Position numbers and translations under genes: made by a program
Shown: piece by piece, positions 45,587 to 55,810 of the stretch
How positions within the stretch are numbered: the first letter of the stretch is position 1
Layout of the letters: each line of letters opens with the position of its first letter
Assembly (NCBI GenBank): GCA_045863235.1
Contig: BTUM01000025.1
Coordinates: 23,022 to 87,021 of the forward strand
Source of the DNA: Candidatus Xenobia bacterium
GTDB taxonomy: Bacteria; Vulcanimicrobiota; Xenobia; Xenobiales; QWHO01
Direction of reading: 5' to 3'
DNA: 64,000 bases
Notes under the pieces: generated by a model
Databases searched by the model: none
The model's input: the letters and a program-made list of their open reading frames with translations, nothing else
What the model was told of the DNA's origin: nothing

Positions 45587-47121
45587 AAGAAAAAATCGAG
45601 CTTCTGCACAAGAAACGCGCCGAGGTCGAGCTGGGAGGCGGGGCCGACCGCCTCGACAAGCAGCGCGCCCAGGGCAAGCTGACCGCCCGCGAGCGGGTCG
45701 AAGCGCTGGTGGACCCGGGCAGCTTTCAAGAGCTGGGGATGTTCGCCCAGCATCGGGCTACCCTGTTCGGCATGGAGGGAAAGCCCATGCCCGCTGACGG
45801 CGTGGTTACGGGAGCCGCCTCCATCGGCGGCCGGCTCATCCACCTGGCCAGCCAGGACTTCACCGTGGCCGGCGGCTCGGCCGGTGAGCTGCACTGCCAG
45901 AAGATCGCCGACATCATGCAGCAGTCCCTCAACACCGGCTCTCCTTTCGTCTTCGTCAACGACTCGGGTGGCGCCCGAGTGCAGGAGGGGATCGACTCGC
46001 TCTCGGGTTACGGCAAGGTTTTCTTTCTCAACGTCGAGCTGAGCGGCGCCGTTCCCCAGATCGCGCTCATCTGCGGGCCCTGCGCCGGGGGAGCTGCTTA
46101 CAGCCCGGCCCTGACCGACTTCGTCATCCAGACCCGCCAGGCCCAGATGTTCATCACCGGTCCGGACGTGATCAAGCAGGTCACCCACGAGACGGTCACG
46201 GCCGAGGAGCTCGGCGGCCCCGAGGCCCACATGCAAAAGTCGGGCGTGGTGCACTTCGTGGCCGAGGACGACCGCCAGGCGATTTTGCTCTGCAAGAAGC
46301 TGCTGAGCTTCCTGCCCTCCAATAACCTGGAGGACCCGCCCCAGCTCGAGACCGACGGCCGGGTCGAGCCCGATCCGGCCCTCAACGACATCCTTCCCAA
46401 GGACGCCAAGCAGGGCTACGACGTGCGCCAGATCCTGGCCCGCGTGGTGGATGCGGGGGATTTTCTGGAGGTGCAGGCCGGCTACGCTCCCAACATCGTG
46501 ATCGGCTTCGGACGCATCCTGGGCCGCACGGTGGGCCTGGTGGCCAACCAGCCGAGCTACCTGGCCGGGGTGCTGGACATCAACGCCAGCGTCAAGGCCA
46601 GCCGCTTCGTGCGCTTCTGCAACGCGTTCAACATCCCCCTGGTCACTTTCGTGGACGTGCCAGGCTTCTTGCCGGGCGTGCAGCAAGAGCACCAGGGGAT
46701 CATTCGCCACGGGGCCAAGCTGCTGTTCGCCTACTCGGCCACGACCGTGCCCAAGCTGACCGTCATCCTGCGCAAAGCCTACGGCGGTGCCTACCTGGCC
46801 ATGTGCGCCCGCGACCTGGGGGCCGACCGGGTCTTCGCCTGGCCCACGGCCGAGGTGGCCGTGATGGGCGCCGAAGGAGCGGCCGAGATCGTCTTTCGGC
46901 GCGAGATCAAGTCGGCCGAGGACCCGGCCGCCAAACGCGCCGAGTTGATCGAGGAGTACCGTCAGGCCTTCTCCAACCCCTACGTGGCGGCCGGGCGCCG
47001 ACTGGTGGACGACGTGATCGAGCCGGCCAATACTCGCGAAGCCCTGGCCCGGTCGCTGGAGTACCTCGTGACCAAGCGAGGCGTGCGACCGGCCAAGAAG
47101 CACGGGTTGATCCCGCTGTGA
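45583..47121 (+). CDS. Acyl-CoA carboxyltransferase, transcarboxylase 12S-like subunit
   Basis: GKLTARER, DGVVTG, DSGGARVQEG, GPCAGGAAYSPA, RKAYGG.YLAM, KKHG..PL. Confidence 0.92.
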   Translation: MKEKIELLHKKRAEVELGGGADRLDKQRAQGKLTARERVEALVDPGSFQELGMFAQHRATLFGMEGKPMPADGVVTGAASIGGRLIHLASQDFTVAGGSAGELHCQKIADIMQQSLNTGSPFVFVNDSGGARVQEGIDSLSGYGKVFFLNVELSGAVPQIALICGPCAGGAAYSPALTDFVIQTRQAQMFITGPDVIKQVTHETVTAEELGGPEAHMQKSGVVHFVAEDDRQAILLCKKLLSFLPSNNLEDPPQLETDGRVEPDPALNDILPKDAKQGYDVRQILARVVDAGDFLEVQAGYAPNIVIGFGRILGRTVGLVANQPSYLAGVLDINASVKASRFVRFCNAFNIPLVTFVDVPGFLPGVQQEHQGIIRHGAKLLFAYSATTVPKLTVILRKAYGGAYLAMCARDLGADRVFAWPTAEVAVMGAEGAAEIVFRREIKSAEDPAAKRAELIEEYRQAFSNPYVAAGRRLVDDVIEPANTREALARSLEYLVTKRGVRPAKKHGLIPL

Positions 47122-47426
47122 ACGAGGCTTTCAGCGACGACAGGAGCGGTCAACTGATCCTCAACGAGCTCAAGGAGCTGCGCGCCGAGGTGCACGCTCT
47201 TGGCCATCGCATCGAGCGCCTCGAGAGCATCGTCAGCGAGCTGCACGAGCCGATCGACGAGAACGACCTGGTCGTCCTGGCGGCCGCCGTAGCCGCCTAC
47301 CTGGGCAAGCGCACGCCCATCCGCCAGGTTCGGCTGATCGGCTCGAAGAGCTGGGCCACTCAGGGCCGGGTCACCCTGCAGGCCTCGCATCACCTCGAAG
47401 TCATGCACGAAAGGACGCCGCGATGA
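47118..47426 (+). CDS. Small accessory subunit of biotin-dependent carboxylase/decarboxylase complexes
   Basis: VVLAAAVAAYLG...W...GR motif; coupled to both neighbours by 4-nt overlaps. Confidence 0.7.
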   Translation: MNEAFSDDRSGQLILNELKELRAEVHALGHRIERLESIVSELHEPIDENDLVVLAAAVAAYLGKRTPIRQVRLIGSKSWATQGRVTLQASHHLEVMHERTPR

Positions 47427-47782
47427 AGCTTCGCATCACGATCGAGAACCGGGTCTACGAGGTGGAGGTGGAAGCCTCCGAGCCCGAGCCCACCCCTCCC
47501 CCGGGCTTCTTCGGCTTGCCGGCCACGCCGGCCGCGCCCCCGCCGCCGTCGGCCCCCTCCGGATCCTCCGAGAAGGTGGCCCGCAGCCCGGTGGCCGGCG
47601 TGGTGGTCAAAGTGCTCGTGGAGGTCGGCCAGAAGGTCGAGAGCGGCCAGCCGGTGCTGGTGCTGGAGGCCATGAAGATGGAGACCAACGTGGCCGCGGC
47701 CGCCGCCGGTGTGCTCAAGGCGGTGCTGGTCAAGCCGGGCGAGGCGGTGCAGGGGGGGCAGGCCCTCTTCGAGCTGGAGTAA
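47423..47782 (+). CDS. Biotin carboxyl carrier protein (1.3S-like)
   Basis: MKLRIT...YEVEVE, Pro/Ala linker, EAMKME. Confidence 0.93.
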   Translation: MKLRITIENRVYEVEVEASEPEPTPPPGFFGLPATPAAPPPPSAPSGSSEKVARSPVAGVVVKVLVEVGQKVESGQPVLVLEAMKMETNVAAAAAGVLKAVLVKPGEAVQGGQALFELE

Positions 47783-47878
47783 CGCCCGTGAGCCGCAGGG
47801 GGGGCGGTTCTCACAGCAGCGCGCTGTTTCGACGACGGGCCCGAGGGGAACGCCGCGCGCTTCGAGAACGAGCGCCGG

Positions 47879-50188
47879 ATGAATCGCTGGTTCGTCTGGC
47901 TCGCTCTCTTCCTGGCCTGCCCGCTCGTCGCTGAGACTCCTGGTCTGGTGCTCACAGAGGACGGTCAGCCCCGGGCCACCATCGTCCTGGCCGCCGCGCC
48001 GAGCGAGAAGGCCCGGCTGGCGGCCCAAGAGCTGCAGACCTATGTGCGCAAGATTTCGGGCGCCACGCTGCCCGTGACGACGGACGACCAGCCGCTGTCC
48101 GGCAATCTCGTCCTGGTCGGTCCGAGCAGGCTGGCCGACAGCGTCGAGATTCCCTCGGGCCTGTCGAACGCCCGCCGGGAGGAGGGGTTCGTCATCGTCT
48201 GCACAGCCGCTCGGCTGCTCCTGGCGGGCAACGACCTCGGACCTTACCACGGCACCGAGTATGCCGTGTATGACCTTCTCCGCGAACTGGGCGTGCGCTG
48301 GTTCATGCCGGGGGAGTTCGGGGAGTACGTGCCGCGGAAGGGCACGCTCATCATACCCCCGATGCGGCTCCGCGAGACGCCCGACTTTGTCATGCGCAAC
48401 TGGTGGTGGCACATGAAGCCCGAACTCGTCGAGCCGGAACGCCGCTGGAAGCTGCGTAACAAGATGAACCCGGACCTGATGTTCATGACCCCCGTAGACG
48501 GCAGCGTGCGCAAGATTCTCCCTGAAAAGCTCTACTTCCAGGAACACCCCGAGTACTTCGCCATGCGCCAGGACGGCTCGCGCAATCCCCACCTGCCCAA
48601 CCTGACCCATCCCCGGGCGGTCGAGATCGCCGCAGGAATCATCCAGGACTACTTCCGCCAGAATCCCCAGGCTAACTCCTACGGGTTCGCCCCGGATGAC
48701 GGGCTGCCCCGCGACTACGGGCCGGAGACCATGAAGCTGAACTCGGGGTTAATTGACCCCATCGGCGAAGTCAGCACGACGGAGGAGTGGTTCTCATTCG
48801 TGACCCGGGTCGAGGCTCGGGTGCGGGAGCAATTCCCCGACGTCTACATCGCCACGAACGGTTACGCGACCCGCAACCTGCCTCCCCGCAACGTCCCCCT
48901 GGACGATCACCTCGTGGTGATGTTCGCCTCCATCTGGTCCTGCACGCTGCATGCCTTCGACGACCCGCACTGCTGGCAGAAGGTGCTGCAGGGGCAGCTC
49001 CTGCAACGCTGGTGTCAGCTGTGTCCGAACGTCTGGGTCTACGGCTACAACCACCAGATGCTGGTGTCGGCGCTCACGCCCTTGCCCGAAACCACCAAGC
49101 TGCGTCGGGATTTCCCGCTGCTCAAGAAGTGGGGCGTCCTGGGCTTCCTGGACGAGAGCCGCAACATCTGGGCCGAGAGCGGCATCGCGAGCCGTTACCT
49201 TCGCGCCTGCCTCGAATGGGACGCGGAGGCCGATGCGGAGGCGCTCCTGAGGGACTTCTACTCCCACTGGTACGGACAGGCGGGCCCTGACTTGCGGGCG
49301 TTCTACGACGCCCTCGAGGACGCGATCGCCACCTCGCCGATGCACGGGCACGAAGACCGCGTCCTGCCGGAACTCTATACGCCGGCGCTGCTCGCCCGCC
49401 TGGCCGGGCACCTCGAACAGGCCGAGCGACTGGCGGACAGCGAACGCTCCCGCTTGCACGTGCGAGCCGACCGCTTGATCTACGAGCACTTGCGAGCCTA
49501 CGTCGCCATGGAAGCTGCGGACGATGCCGGGGACTTCGCCAGGGCCGCGCTTCAGGCGGACAGAATGCTGGAGCTTCGCAAAGCGTTGCACGCCATTGAT
49601 CCTTACTTCATCTGGCCGGATGAGGAGGGTTTGCACACCGGCGTCTGGTACTGGGGCGTCACGGCCCGTCGCGACGATTACCGGGCCCTGGCCGCTCGCG
49701 TCTCCGGTCCCCGGGGCAGGCTGGTGGCCAGGCTGCCGGTCACGGCGACCTTCCGCACGGACCCCGGGGACGAGGGCATCGCGAGAAGCTGGAACGCCGC
49801 CGACCTGAAGGAGACAGGCTGGTTCCGGCTGCAAACGACCTCACCCTTCTACGCGCAGGGATACCAGGACGCGCAGGGCCACCCCTACCTCGGTCACCTC
49901 TGGTATCGGTTTCGGGTCGACGTCCCGGCATCCGTCCGGGGCCAACGGGTCTTGCTCTACGTACCGGTCGTGGAGGCGGAAGGCTGGTGCTGGGTCAACG
50001 GTCGCTACGTGGGCCATCGGGGCTACCGCGAGCCCTACCTCCGCCCCAACTCGATGGAGGTGGAGGTCACGCGCGCGCTGCGTCCGGGCCAGACGAACGT
50101 GATCGTCTTGCGCGTGGACACGGGCCGGACCGAGTCCCAGGTAGCGGGAGGGGTCACAGGCAGGCCCTTCCTCTACACACCCAGGTAA
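47879..50188 (+). CDS. Secreted DUF4838-domain glycoside-hydrolase-like protein
   Basis: Signal peptide; AA.EL..Y..KISGA.LP, YAVY.LL..LGVRWF.PG, HPEYFA; C-terminal sugar-binding-like domain. Confidence 0.75.
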   Translation: MNRWFVWLALFLACPLVAETPGLVLTEDGQPRATIVLAAAPSEKARLAAQELQTYVRKISGATLPVTTDDQPLSGNLVLVGPSRLADSVEIPSGLSNARREEGFVIVCTAARLLLAGNDLGPYHGTEYAVYDLLRELGVRWFMPGEFGEYVPRKGTLIIPPMRLRETPDFVMRNWWWHMKPELVEPERRWKLRNKMNPDLMFMTPVDGSVRKILPEKLYFQEHPEYFAMRQDGSRNPHLPNLTHPRAVEIAAGIIQDYFRQNPQANSYGFAPDDGLPRDYGPETMKLNSGLIDPIGEVSTTEEWFSFVTRVEARVREQFPDVYIATNGYATRNLPPRNVPLDDHLVVMFASIWSCTLHAFDDPHCWQKVLQGQLLQRWCQLCPNVWVYGYNHQMLVSALTPLPETTKLRRDFPLLKKWGVLGFLDESRNIWAESGIASRYLRACLEWDAEADAEALLRDFYSHWYGQAGPDLRAFYDALEDAIATSPMHGHEDRVLPELYTPALLARLAGHLEQAERLADSERSRLHVRADRLIYEHLRAYVAMEAADDAGDFARAALQADRMLELRKALHAIDPYFIWPDEEGLHTGVWYWGVTARRDDYRALAARVSGPRGRLVARLPVTATFRTDPGDEGIARSWNAADLKETGWFRLQTTSPFYAQGYQDAQGHPYLGHLWYRFRVDVPASVRGQRVLLYVPVVEAEGWCWVNGRYVGHRGYREPYLRPNSMEVEVTRALRPGQTNVIVLRVDTGRTESQVAGGVTGRPFLYTPR

Positions 50189-50206
50189 CCGCGGGGGTGG
50201 TTTCAG

Positions 50207-51013
50207 CTACTCCACGCTGTAGAGGCGCAGCGGGTGGCGCACCAGGTAGCGCAGCACGTCCTGCACGGTGAGGATGCCCAGAGGGCGGAAGTTGCCGTCC
50301 ACCACCGGCAGGCAGCTCACTTTCTGCACCCACAGACCCTCGCAAGCAAGCGAGAGGGGGGTGTAGGGGGAGGCCACCAGCACCGGCGTGGTCATGATCG
50401 AGGTGATCGGATCGCTCGGGGCGGCCGCGAGCAGGTCGCGGTCGGAGAGGATCCCCACCAGGCGGTGCTGCTCGTCCACCACGGGCAGGTGGTGGTAGTG
50501 CCCGTTCTCCAGGGCCTGCTGGGCTTCGTGCTGGCTGGCCTGGCTGGTGATGCAGTCGACCGGGCAGGTCATCGCGCTTTCCACCACCACGGGCTTCTCC
50601 GGGCTACCCCAGGCCCGGCGTGAATCGGGATCGACCGGCTCGACCTGACCGGGCTCGGGGGGGTGGAAGGGGATGCGGGGCATGGTGCCGCGCGGCCGGA
50701 ATGGGGCCACGGCCACGATCTCCGAGTTGCCGCTGGGAGGCGCTTTGGGAGGGGGAACGGCCAGCTGCCACAGCTCGATCAGGCCGGCCGGGATCGGGGT
50801 CGCCAGCTGTGGCGGGGGGGCCTTCCCGCTCGGAGGCGGCGGCGGTGGGGGCGGTGGGGGAGTCGAGCTGGCAGGCTGCCTGGCGGGGGGATCGGGGGGC
50901 ATGGAAAGCTGGTCGAACTCCTGGGGGAAGGCGGGCTCCCAGGTGCGGCCGGCGTTGTCAGGGACGGGACGGGAGCGGTAGAGCACCCCGTCGACCAGCA
51001 CAAAAAGACTCAT
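50207..51013 (-). CDS. CBS-pair protein with a Pro-rich N-terminal extension
   Basis: HHLPVVD...LVGILSDRDL, SCLPVVD...GILT..DVL. Confidence 0.85.
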   Translation of the reverse strand: MSLFVLVDGVLYRSRPVPDNAGRTWEPAFPQEFDQLSMPPDPPARQPASSTPPPPPPPPPPSGKAPPPQLATPIPAGLIELWQLAVPPPKAPPSGNSEIVAVAPFRPRGTMPRIPFHPPEPGQVEPVDPDSRRAWGSPEKPVVVESAMTCPVDCITSQASQHEAQQALENGHYHHLPVVDEQHRLVGILSDRDLLAAAPSDPITSIMTTPVLVASPYTPLSLACEGLWVQKVSCLPVVDGNFRPLGILTVQDVLRYLVRHPLRLYSVE

Positions 51014-51066
51014 CGAGCAGAGTCTTCCCGGCAGGCTCCCGGGCTCCTTCGCCCGAAATCTCGGCC

Positions 51067-51561
51067 ATGGCGCTCAGCTGGTTGACTCCGGATATGCTGC
51101 TCGAGAGCTTTGACCCCGCCTGGGCTCAGGGCCAGCCTCAGTCCCTGCCGCCGGTGTGCAAGCCGGCTCAAGACGTGGGCGACATCATGACCGAAGACCC
51201 GCTCACCGTGCCCCCGGATCTCTCCCTGGCCGAGGCCCTGACCAGGATGAACCAGCACCGCTTCCGACACCTTCCCGTGGTGGAGGGTCGCAAGCTGGTG
51301 GGGATTTTATCCGACCGCGACGTGTTGCGTTTCGTGCGCAGGGGCTCGCTCTCCGAGACCAGGGTGGACAGGGCCATGACCCGCAAGCTCTGGACAGCGG
51401 CCCGCGAGACGCCCATTCTGACCGCCGCCAACCTGATGGCCGAGCACCATGTAAGCTGCCTGCCGGTGCTCGATCGCCACGGCCACCTGGTGGGAATCGT
51501 GTCTGCCAGCGACGTGCTTCGCTGCCTGTCCGTGCACGCTCCGGTGCAGGCCTGGCTGTGA
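51067..51561 (+). CDS. CBS-pair protein
   Basis: V.DIMT, RHLPVV...LVGILSDRD, SCLPV...LVGIVS..D; ATG 51067. Confidence 0.88.
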   Translation: MALSWLTPDMLLESFDPAWAQGQPQSLPPVCKPAQDVGDIMTEDPLTVPPDLSLAEALTRMNQHRFRHLPVVEGRKLVGILSDRDVLRFVRRGSLSETRVDRAMTRKLWTAARETPILTAANLMAEHHVSCLPVLDRHGHLVGIVSASDVLRCLSVHAPVQAWL

Positions 51562-51562
51562 G

Positions 51563-53260
51563 ATGCTGACCGAGCGCCGCCTGGATTACCTCGAGCTGCT
51601 CGGGCGCCCTCCGCTCGAGCGCTACACGGGCGAGACGGTGGCCGGGCATCGCCAGGCCGTGCAGGAGTGGTGCCGCCACCTGGCCACTCTGGGGCTGGGT
51701 CGGCTGGGCCTGCCTCCCGAGCGGGGCGGCGACCCGATGGAGCTTTTGCGCCTGGTACGCTGCCTGGCCCAGTTCGACTTTTCGCTGATGGTGCGCTTCG
51801 GGGTGCACGTGGGCCTGGTGCAGGGCACCATCGCCCGGCTCGGCACCGAGCGCCACCTGAGCTGGCTCGAGGCCACGAGCACCCTGGAGCAGATCGGCTG
51901 CTTTGCCATGACCGAGACCGACCACGGCTCCAACGTGCGTGGCCTGGAGACCCGGGCCGTCTACCTCCCCGAGGAGCAGGCCTTCGAGCTCTCCACGCCC
52001 CATCGCGGAGCCTGGAAGGACTACATCGGCAGCGCCCTGACGGGCCGCTTCGCCATCGTTTTCGCCCAGCTCGAGACGGCCGGGGAGGAGCACGGGGTGC
52101 ACGCCTTCCTGGTGGTGCTGCGCGACGGCCAGGGGAAGCTCTTGCCGGGCATCCAGGTTGAGGACTGCGGGCCCAAGATGGGCCTCAACGGCGTCGACAA
52201 CGGCAGGTTGGCCTTCGAGCGCGTGCGCGTGCCGCGCGAGAACCTGCTCGACCGCTTCGGCTCGGTCACGCCCGAGGGGCGGTACTCCAGCCCCATCGCC
52301 AACCCCACCCGGCGCTTCTTCACCATCCTGAGCAACCTGGTGGGCGGTCGCATGACGCTGGCGGCGGCCTCGGTGGAGGCTTCCCGAGCCGGTCTGGCCA
52401 TCGCTCTGCGCCACGCCGCCCGGCGGCGCCAGTTTGGCCCTGCCGGCCAACCGGAGCTCCGCCTGATCGACTACCAGATGCACCAGAAGCGCCTCATCCC
52501 GCGTCTGGCCCTGACCGAGGCGGTGGAGGCGGGGGTGGAGCACCTCATCGAGCTTTACGGCCAGGGCCAGGAGGCCGAGCTGGAGACCTTTGCCGCTGCC
52601 CTGAAGGCCTACGCCACCTGGAACGCCGGCCACACCCTGCGCCTCTGCCGCGAGTGCTGCGGTGCCTTCGGCTACCTGAGCCAGAGCCGTCTGGGAGACC
52701 TGCTGGCCGACACCAGCATCTTCACCACCTTCGAAGGCGACAACACGGTGCTCTCGTTTCTGGTGGCCCGCAACCTGCTCAAGCGCCTCAAGGGCTGGAA
52801 AGGGGCGCTGGCTTTGCTCAAGCTGCCGGTCAACCCGGTGCTGGCGGCCCGCACCGATCTCGAGCACCTCTCCTCGCGCGAGTTCCAACTGTCCGCCCTG
52901 CGCTTTCGCGAGCAACGCCTGATGGCCAGCCTGGCTCGACGCCTGAGAACGCGCCTGGCCGGCAAGGTGGACCCCTTCCTGGCCCTGGGCGAGTGCCAGG
53001 AGCACGCCCTGCGCCTGTGCACCGCCCACGCCGAGCGGGTGCTGGCCGAGAAGCAGGGGCCCGAGGCTCCGCTAGGCGTGCTTTTCGCTCTGGGTTGCCT
53101 GGAGGCGGATGCGGCCTGGTTCCTGGAGCAGGGCTACTTCACCCCTCGCAAGAGCCGGGCCATCCGGGCCCTGCACCTGCACCTTTGCGCCGGTCTCAAA
53201 CAGGTCGCTCTCGAGTGCATCGAGCAGGTGGCTCCCCCCGACCACCTGGTGCCCCTGTGA
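51563..53260 (+). CDS. Acyl-CoA oxidase/dehydrogenase
   Basis: GCFAMTE..HGSNV..LET, K.GLNGVDNG, RRQFG, CRECCG..GY, TFEGDNTVL. Confidence 0.9.
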   Translation: MLTERRLDYLELLGRPPLERYTGETVAGHRQAVQEWCRHLATLGLGRLGLPPERGGDPMELLRLVRCLAQFDFSLMVRFGVHVGLVQGTIARLGTERHLSWLEATSTLEQIGCFAMTETDHGSNVRGLETRAVYLPEEQAFELSTPHRGAWKDYIGSALTGRFAIVFAQLETAGEEHGVHAFLVVLRDGQGKLLPGIQVEDCGPKMGLNGVDNGRLAFERVRVPRENLLDRFGSVTPEGRYSSPIANPTRRFFTILSNLVGGRMTLAAASVEASRAGLAIALRHAARRRQFGPAGQPELRLIDYQMHQKRLIPRLALTEAVEAGVEHLIELYGQGQEAELETFAAALKAYATWNAGHTLRLCRECCGAFGYLSQSRLGDLLADTSIFTTFEGDNTVLSFLVARNLLKRLKGWKGALALLKLPVNPVLAARTDLEHLSSREFQLSALRFREQRLMASLARRLRTRLAGKVDPFLALGECQEHALRLCTAHAERVLAEKQGPEAPLGVLFALGCLEADAAWFLEQGYFTPRKSRAIRALHLHLCAGLKQVALECIEQVAPPDHLVPL

Positions 53261-53631
53261 GAGCGCTGCTGATCGTCTTGCTCCTGGTCGGCCTGGCCCG
53301 GGCCACACCGGAGGAGCAGGCGGTGATGGAGGCCATCCGCACCTACGAACGAGCGCTGCTGGCCGCCCGCGACCGCTCCGAGCTCTACCCTTACCTGAGC
53401 GCTGACACCGTGTTGCGTTGTCAGCAGGGTAACCGCTACGTGGGCGAGCTCGAGATGCTCCGGATGCTGGGCGATTACTTCGACAAGCCGGACACCCGGG
53501 TCACCAACCTGGTGGTCCGGAGCGACCAGGCGCGGGTGGATCTGCAGGCGATGCTGGGCAAGGTCATGGTGCTCCATCACTACACGCTCAAGCGGGAGGG
53601 GGGAGCCTGGAAGATCGTGCTTCCGCCCTGA
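53257..53631 (+). CDS. Small secreted hypothetical protein (NTF2-like)
   Basis: GTG overlaps the upstream stop; signal peptide; ends L.REGGAWKI. Confidence 0.6.
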   Translation: MRALLIVLLLVGLARATPEEQAVMEAIRTYERALLAARDRSELYPYLSADTVLRCQQGNRYVGELEMLRMLGDYFDKPDTRVTNLVVRSDQARVDLQAMLGKVMVLHHYTLKREGGAWKIVLPP

Positions 53632-53632
53632 C

Positions 53633-55726
53633 TCAGGGCAGCGGAGTGAGGGCGGGAACCACGTAGGTTCCGTAGTGGTTTTCCCGCGTCACCGGTTCCT
53701 GCGGATACCGCGCTGCCAGGACCGGGTCGGTGGTGGTCAGGGGGATGGTTGTGGTGGAGAGGATGGAGGGCCCCCCGCTTTGCGCCGTCGCCGGGGTGGG
53801 GTTGTAGAGCCGCATCATGACCTGGAACGTCCCCTGGGCGGGGATGGGCAGCCAGTTCCCTCGCAGGGCGCTTTCACCGGGACTGCCGGGCTGCAAGAGG
53901 AGATCCAGCGAGCCGTCCTGGTTGAAGACCAGGCTCGTCCCGCGCAGGGTCTGGCTGCCCGGCAGCTGCTGCGAGCCCAGGGAATAGACGGGGATCACCT
54001 CCCCGGACAGGAGTTGTTGGCCCACCAGGGCCGGATCCACGCTGATGGCCGTCATCTGACCCGGGTCGACGTTCCAGGTGCGGCTGAGCTGAAAGCTGCC
54101 CTTGGCGACGTTGAAGACGTAATAGGGCGTCTCGATTTCAAGTCCGGGCTGGGCGGTCTGGAAGTAGAGGGTGTCGTTCTCCTCGTAGGCGGCCTGCTCG
54201 AAGTGCGTGGAGTCGACCACCGTCAGGGGTTTGTCGCAGACCTGGGAATAGGCGGTGTTGTTGGCCGAGGCCGCGGCCACCCCCGGCAGGTTGGCCAGGC
54301 TGCCGCTGGCGCTCTGGTCGGTGTAAACGGTGACGCTCCAGAACCCGGTGGCGTTGATGGGAGGCAGTTGCCCGGCCGGAAAGCGCAAGCGGTATGCCTG
54401 GCCGCCCGACAGAGCCTGGCCGTTGGCGTCATGCCCGCTGAGAGGATAGGTGCCGTCCACTGCCAGACTGGCGATTCCGCCCTCGAAAGCGGCCACCGAA
54501 CGCACGAAGTAGCCGCTCCAGGTGTTGGGATACTTGCCGATGGCTGAGGTTCCGGTGACGTGCCAGTAATTCTGGGAGGCAGGCCCGGTCAGAACGAAGC
54601 TCTGGCCGGCCTCAAGCAAGCGGTTGCCCAGCAGGAAGGCGGCCTGGAGCAAGAGGAGTTGCCGGGGCGTCAGGCGGGCGGGGTGAAAACCGCTCGCGTC
54701 TAGCTCCAGCGGGGCGAAGGTGGCGAAGAGGTCGGCCTGACCCACCGAGGCGCTGGGGCTCATCAGGTAAGGAGGCCTGGCCGGGCTTTGAAAGGCCGCG
54801 CGGGTGGGGATGGGGTTCTCGGCCACCGCCTCGCCCAGCCAGCGGAAGGCGACCAGCGCGTTCGCCGGGGGGCTCTCGAAGAGTGTGGCCAGCTCGGGGA
54901 ACATCGGGTCGGGAGGGAGGGTCCCCCGCAGCGGGGCGAGGGTGAACTGGCTGTTGAAAGCATAGCTCTCGCTGCCCTGAAGACTCCCCGGTGAGCCCGG
55001 GACGGAGTAGGCATCCACCGGAACACGCACGATCAGCCAGGCGTGGGGAGTATCGATCGGCACGACGTGCTCGGCGTCGAAGCCATCGGCAAGGTGGGCC
55101 TGAGGGTCGCTGTAGCCGGGGTCATCGGGACCCACCAGCAGAAAGTCGGCCTCGGCCGTGCCCGGCCGGGTGCGCGTGCCCAGAGAGGCCTGCGAGTTCC
55201 CGTAGAGGTCGTCGAGCTGGACCACGTAGTAGGACGAGATGGCCGGGATGTGCAGGATCTGCGGCCCCCTCGACAGGTCCAGGAAGGCGCTGGAGTAGAG
55301 CACGTCCACGTCGGGAGCGGAGACGGGGGAGGGGAGCTGCCAGTTGGGCAGGTGGGTGGCGTGGAAGAAGTGGTTCAGAGGAGCCTGGCTGTTGGTCTTG
55401 GCCCGTTCGAGCCGATACACGGTCATGGGTGCGTAGCCCCACAGGTAGGCCTGCAGAGCCAGGTTCAGGAACTCTACGTCCTGCTCGGTCAGAGCCACCG
55501 CCTGGAGGAGCTCGGGGGGCACCGCGGGGGGGCCAGCCTCGCCGAAGCGAAGGCGCTCGGCCCACGCCTGGAAATCGAACCGGCTGAACGGGTCCGAGTC
55601 GACCCAGCTCTGCAGGGTCTGGTCGGAGGAGACCGCAGCGGGAGTTGCTCCGGGCACGCTGGAGGCAGTGCCGGAGCAGCCCAGCAGGAGGGTCGATAGA
55701 GCGAGGACCAACCAGATTGCACGCAC
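53633..55726 (-). CDS. DUF1254/DUF1214 domain lipoprotein
   Basis: Lipobox LLGC; AYLWGY, P.VD.LYS.AFLDL..GP, Y.LRF..GQLPP....FWSVTVY, NWLP.P..G.F...MRLY.P. Confidence 0.85.
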   Translation of the reverse strand: MRAIWLVLALSTLLLGCSGTASSVPGATPAAVSSDQTLQSWVDSDPFSRFDFQAWAERLRFGEAGPPAVPPELLQAVALTEQDVEFLNLALQAYLWGYAPMTVYRLERAKTNSQAPLNHFFHATHLPNWQLPSPVSAPDVDVLYSSAFLDLSRGPQILHIPAISSYYVVQLDDLYGNSQASLGTRTRPGTAEADFLLVGPDDPGYSDPQAHLADGFDAEHVVPIDTPHAWLIVRVPVDAYSVPGSPGSLQGSESYAFNSQFTLAPLRGTLPPDPMFPELATLFESPPANALVAFRWLGEAVAENPIPTRAAFQSPARPPYLMSPSASVGQADLFATFAPLELDASGFHPARLTPRQLLLLQAAFLLGNRLLEAGQSFVLTGPASQNYWHVTGTSAIGKYPNTWSGYFVRSVAAFEGGIASLAVDGTYPLSGHDANGQALSGGQAYRLRFPAGQLPPINATGFWSVTVYTDQSASGSLANLPGVAAASANNTAYSQVCDKPLTVVDSTHFEQAAYEENDTLYFQTAQPGLEIETPYYVFNVAKGSFQLSRTWNVDPGQMTAISVDPALVGQQLLSGEVIPVYSLGSQQLPGSQTLRGTSLVFNQDGSLDLLLQPGSPGESALRGNWLPIPAQGTFQVMMRLYNPTPATAQSGGPSILSTTTIPLTTTDPVLAARYPQEPVTRENHYGTYVVPALTPLP

Positions 55727-55810
55727 AGTCGTCAGGACCTTTCTCGATTGAGTCAAGCCTACCATTCCGGCTTGTCAGGATTGGCAGCGATTGTATCCGG
55801 AGTGTAGCAG

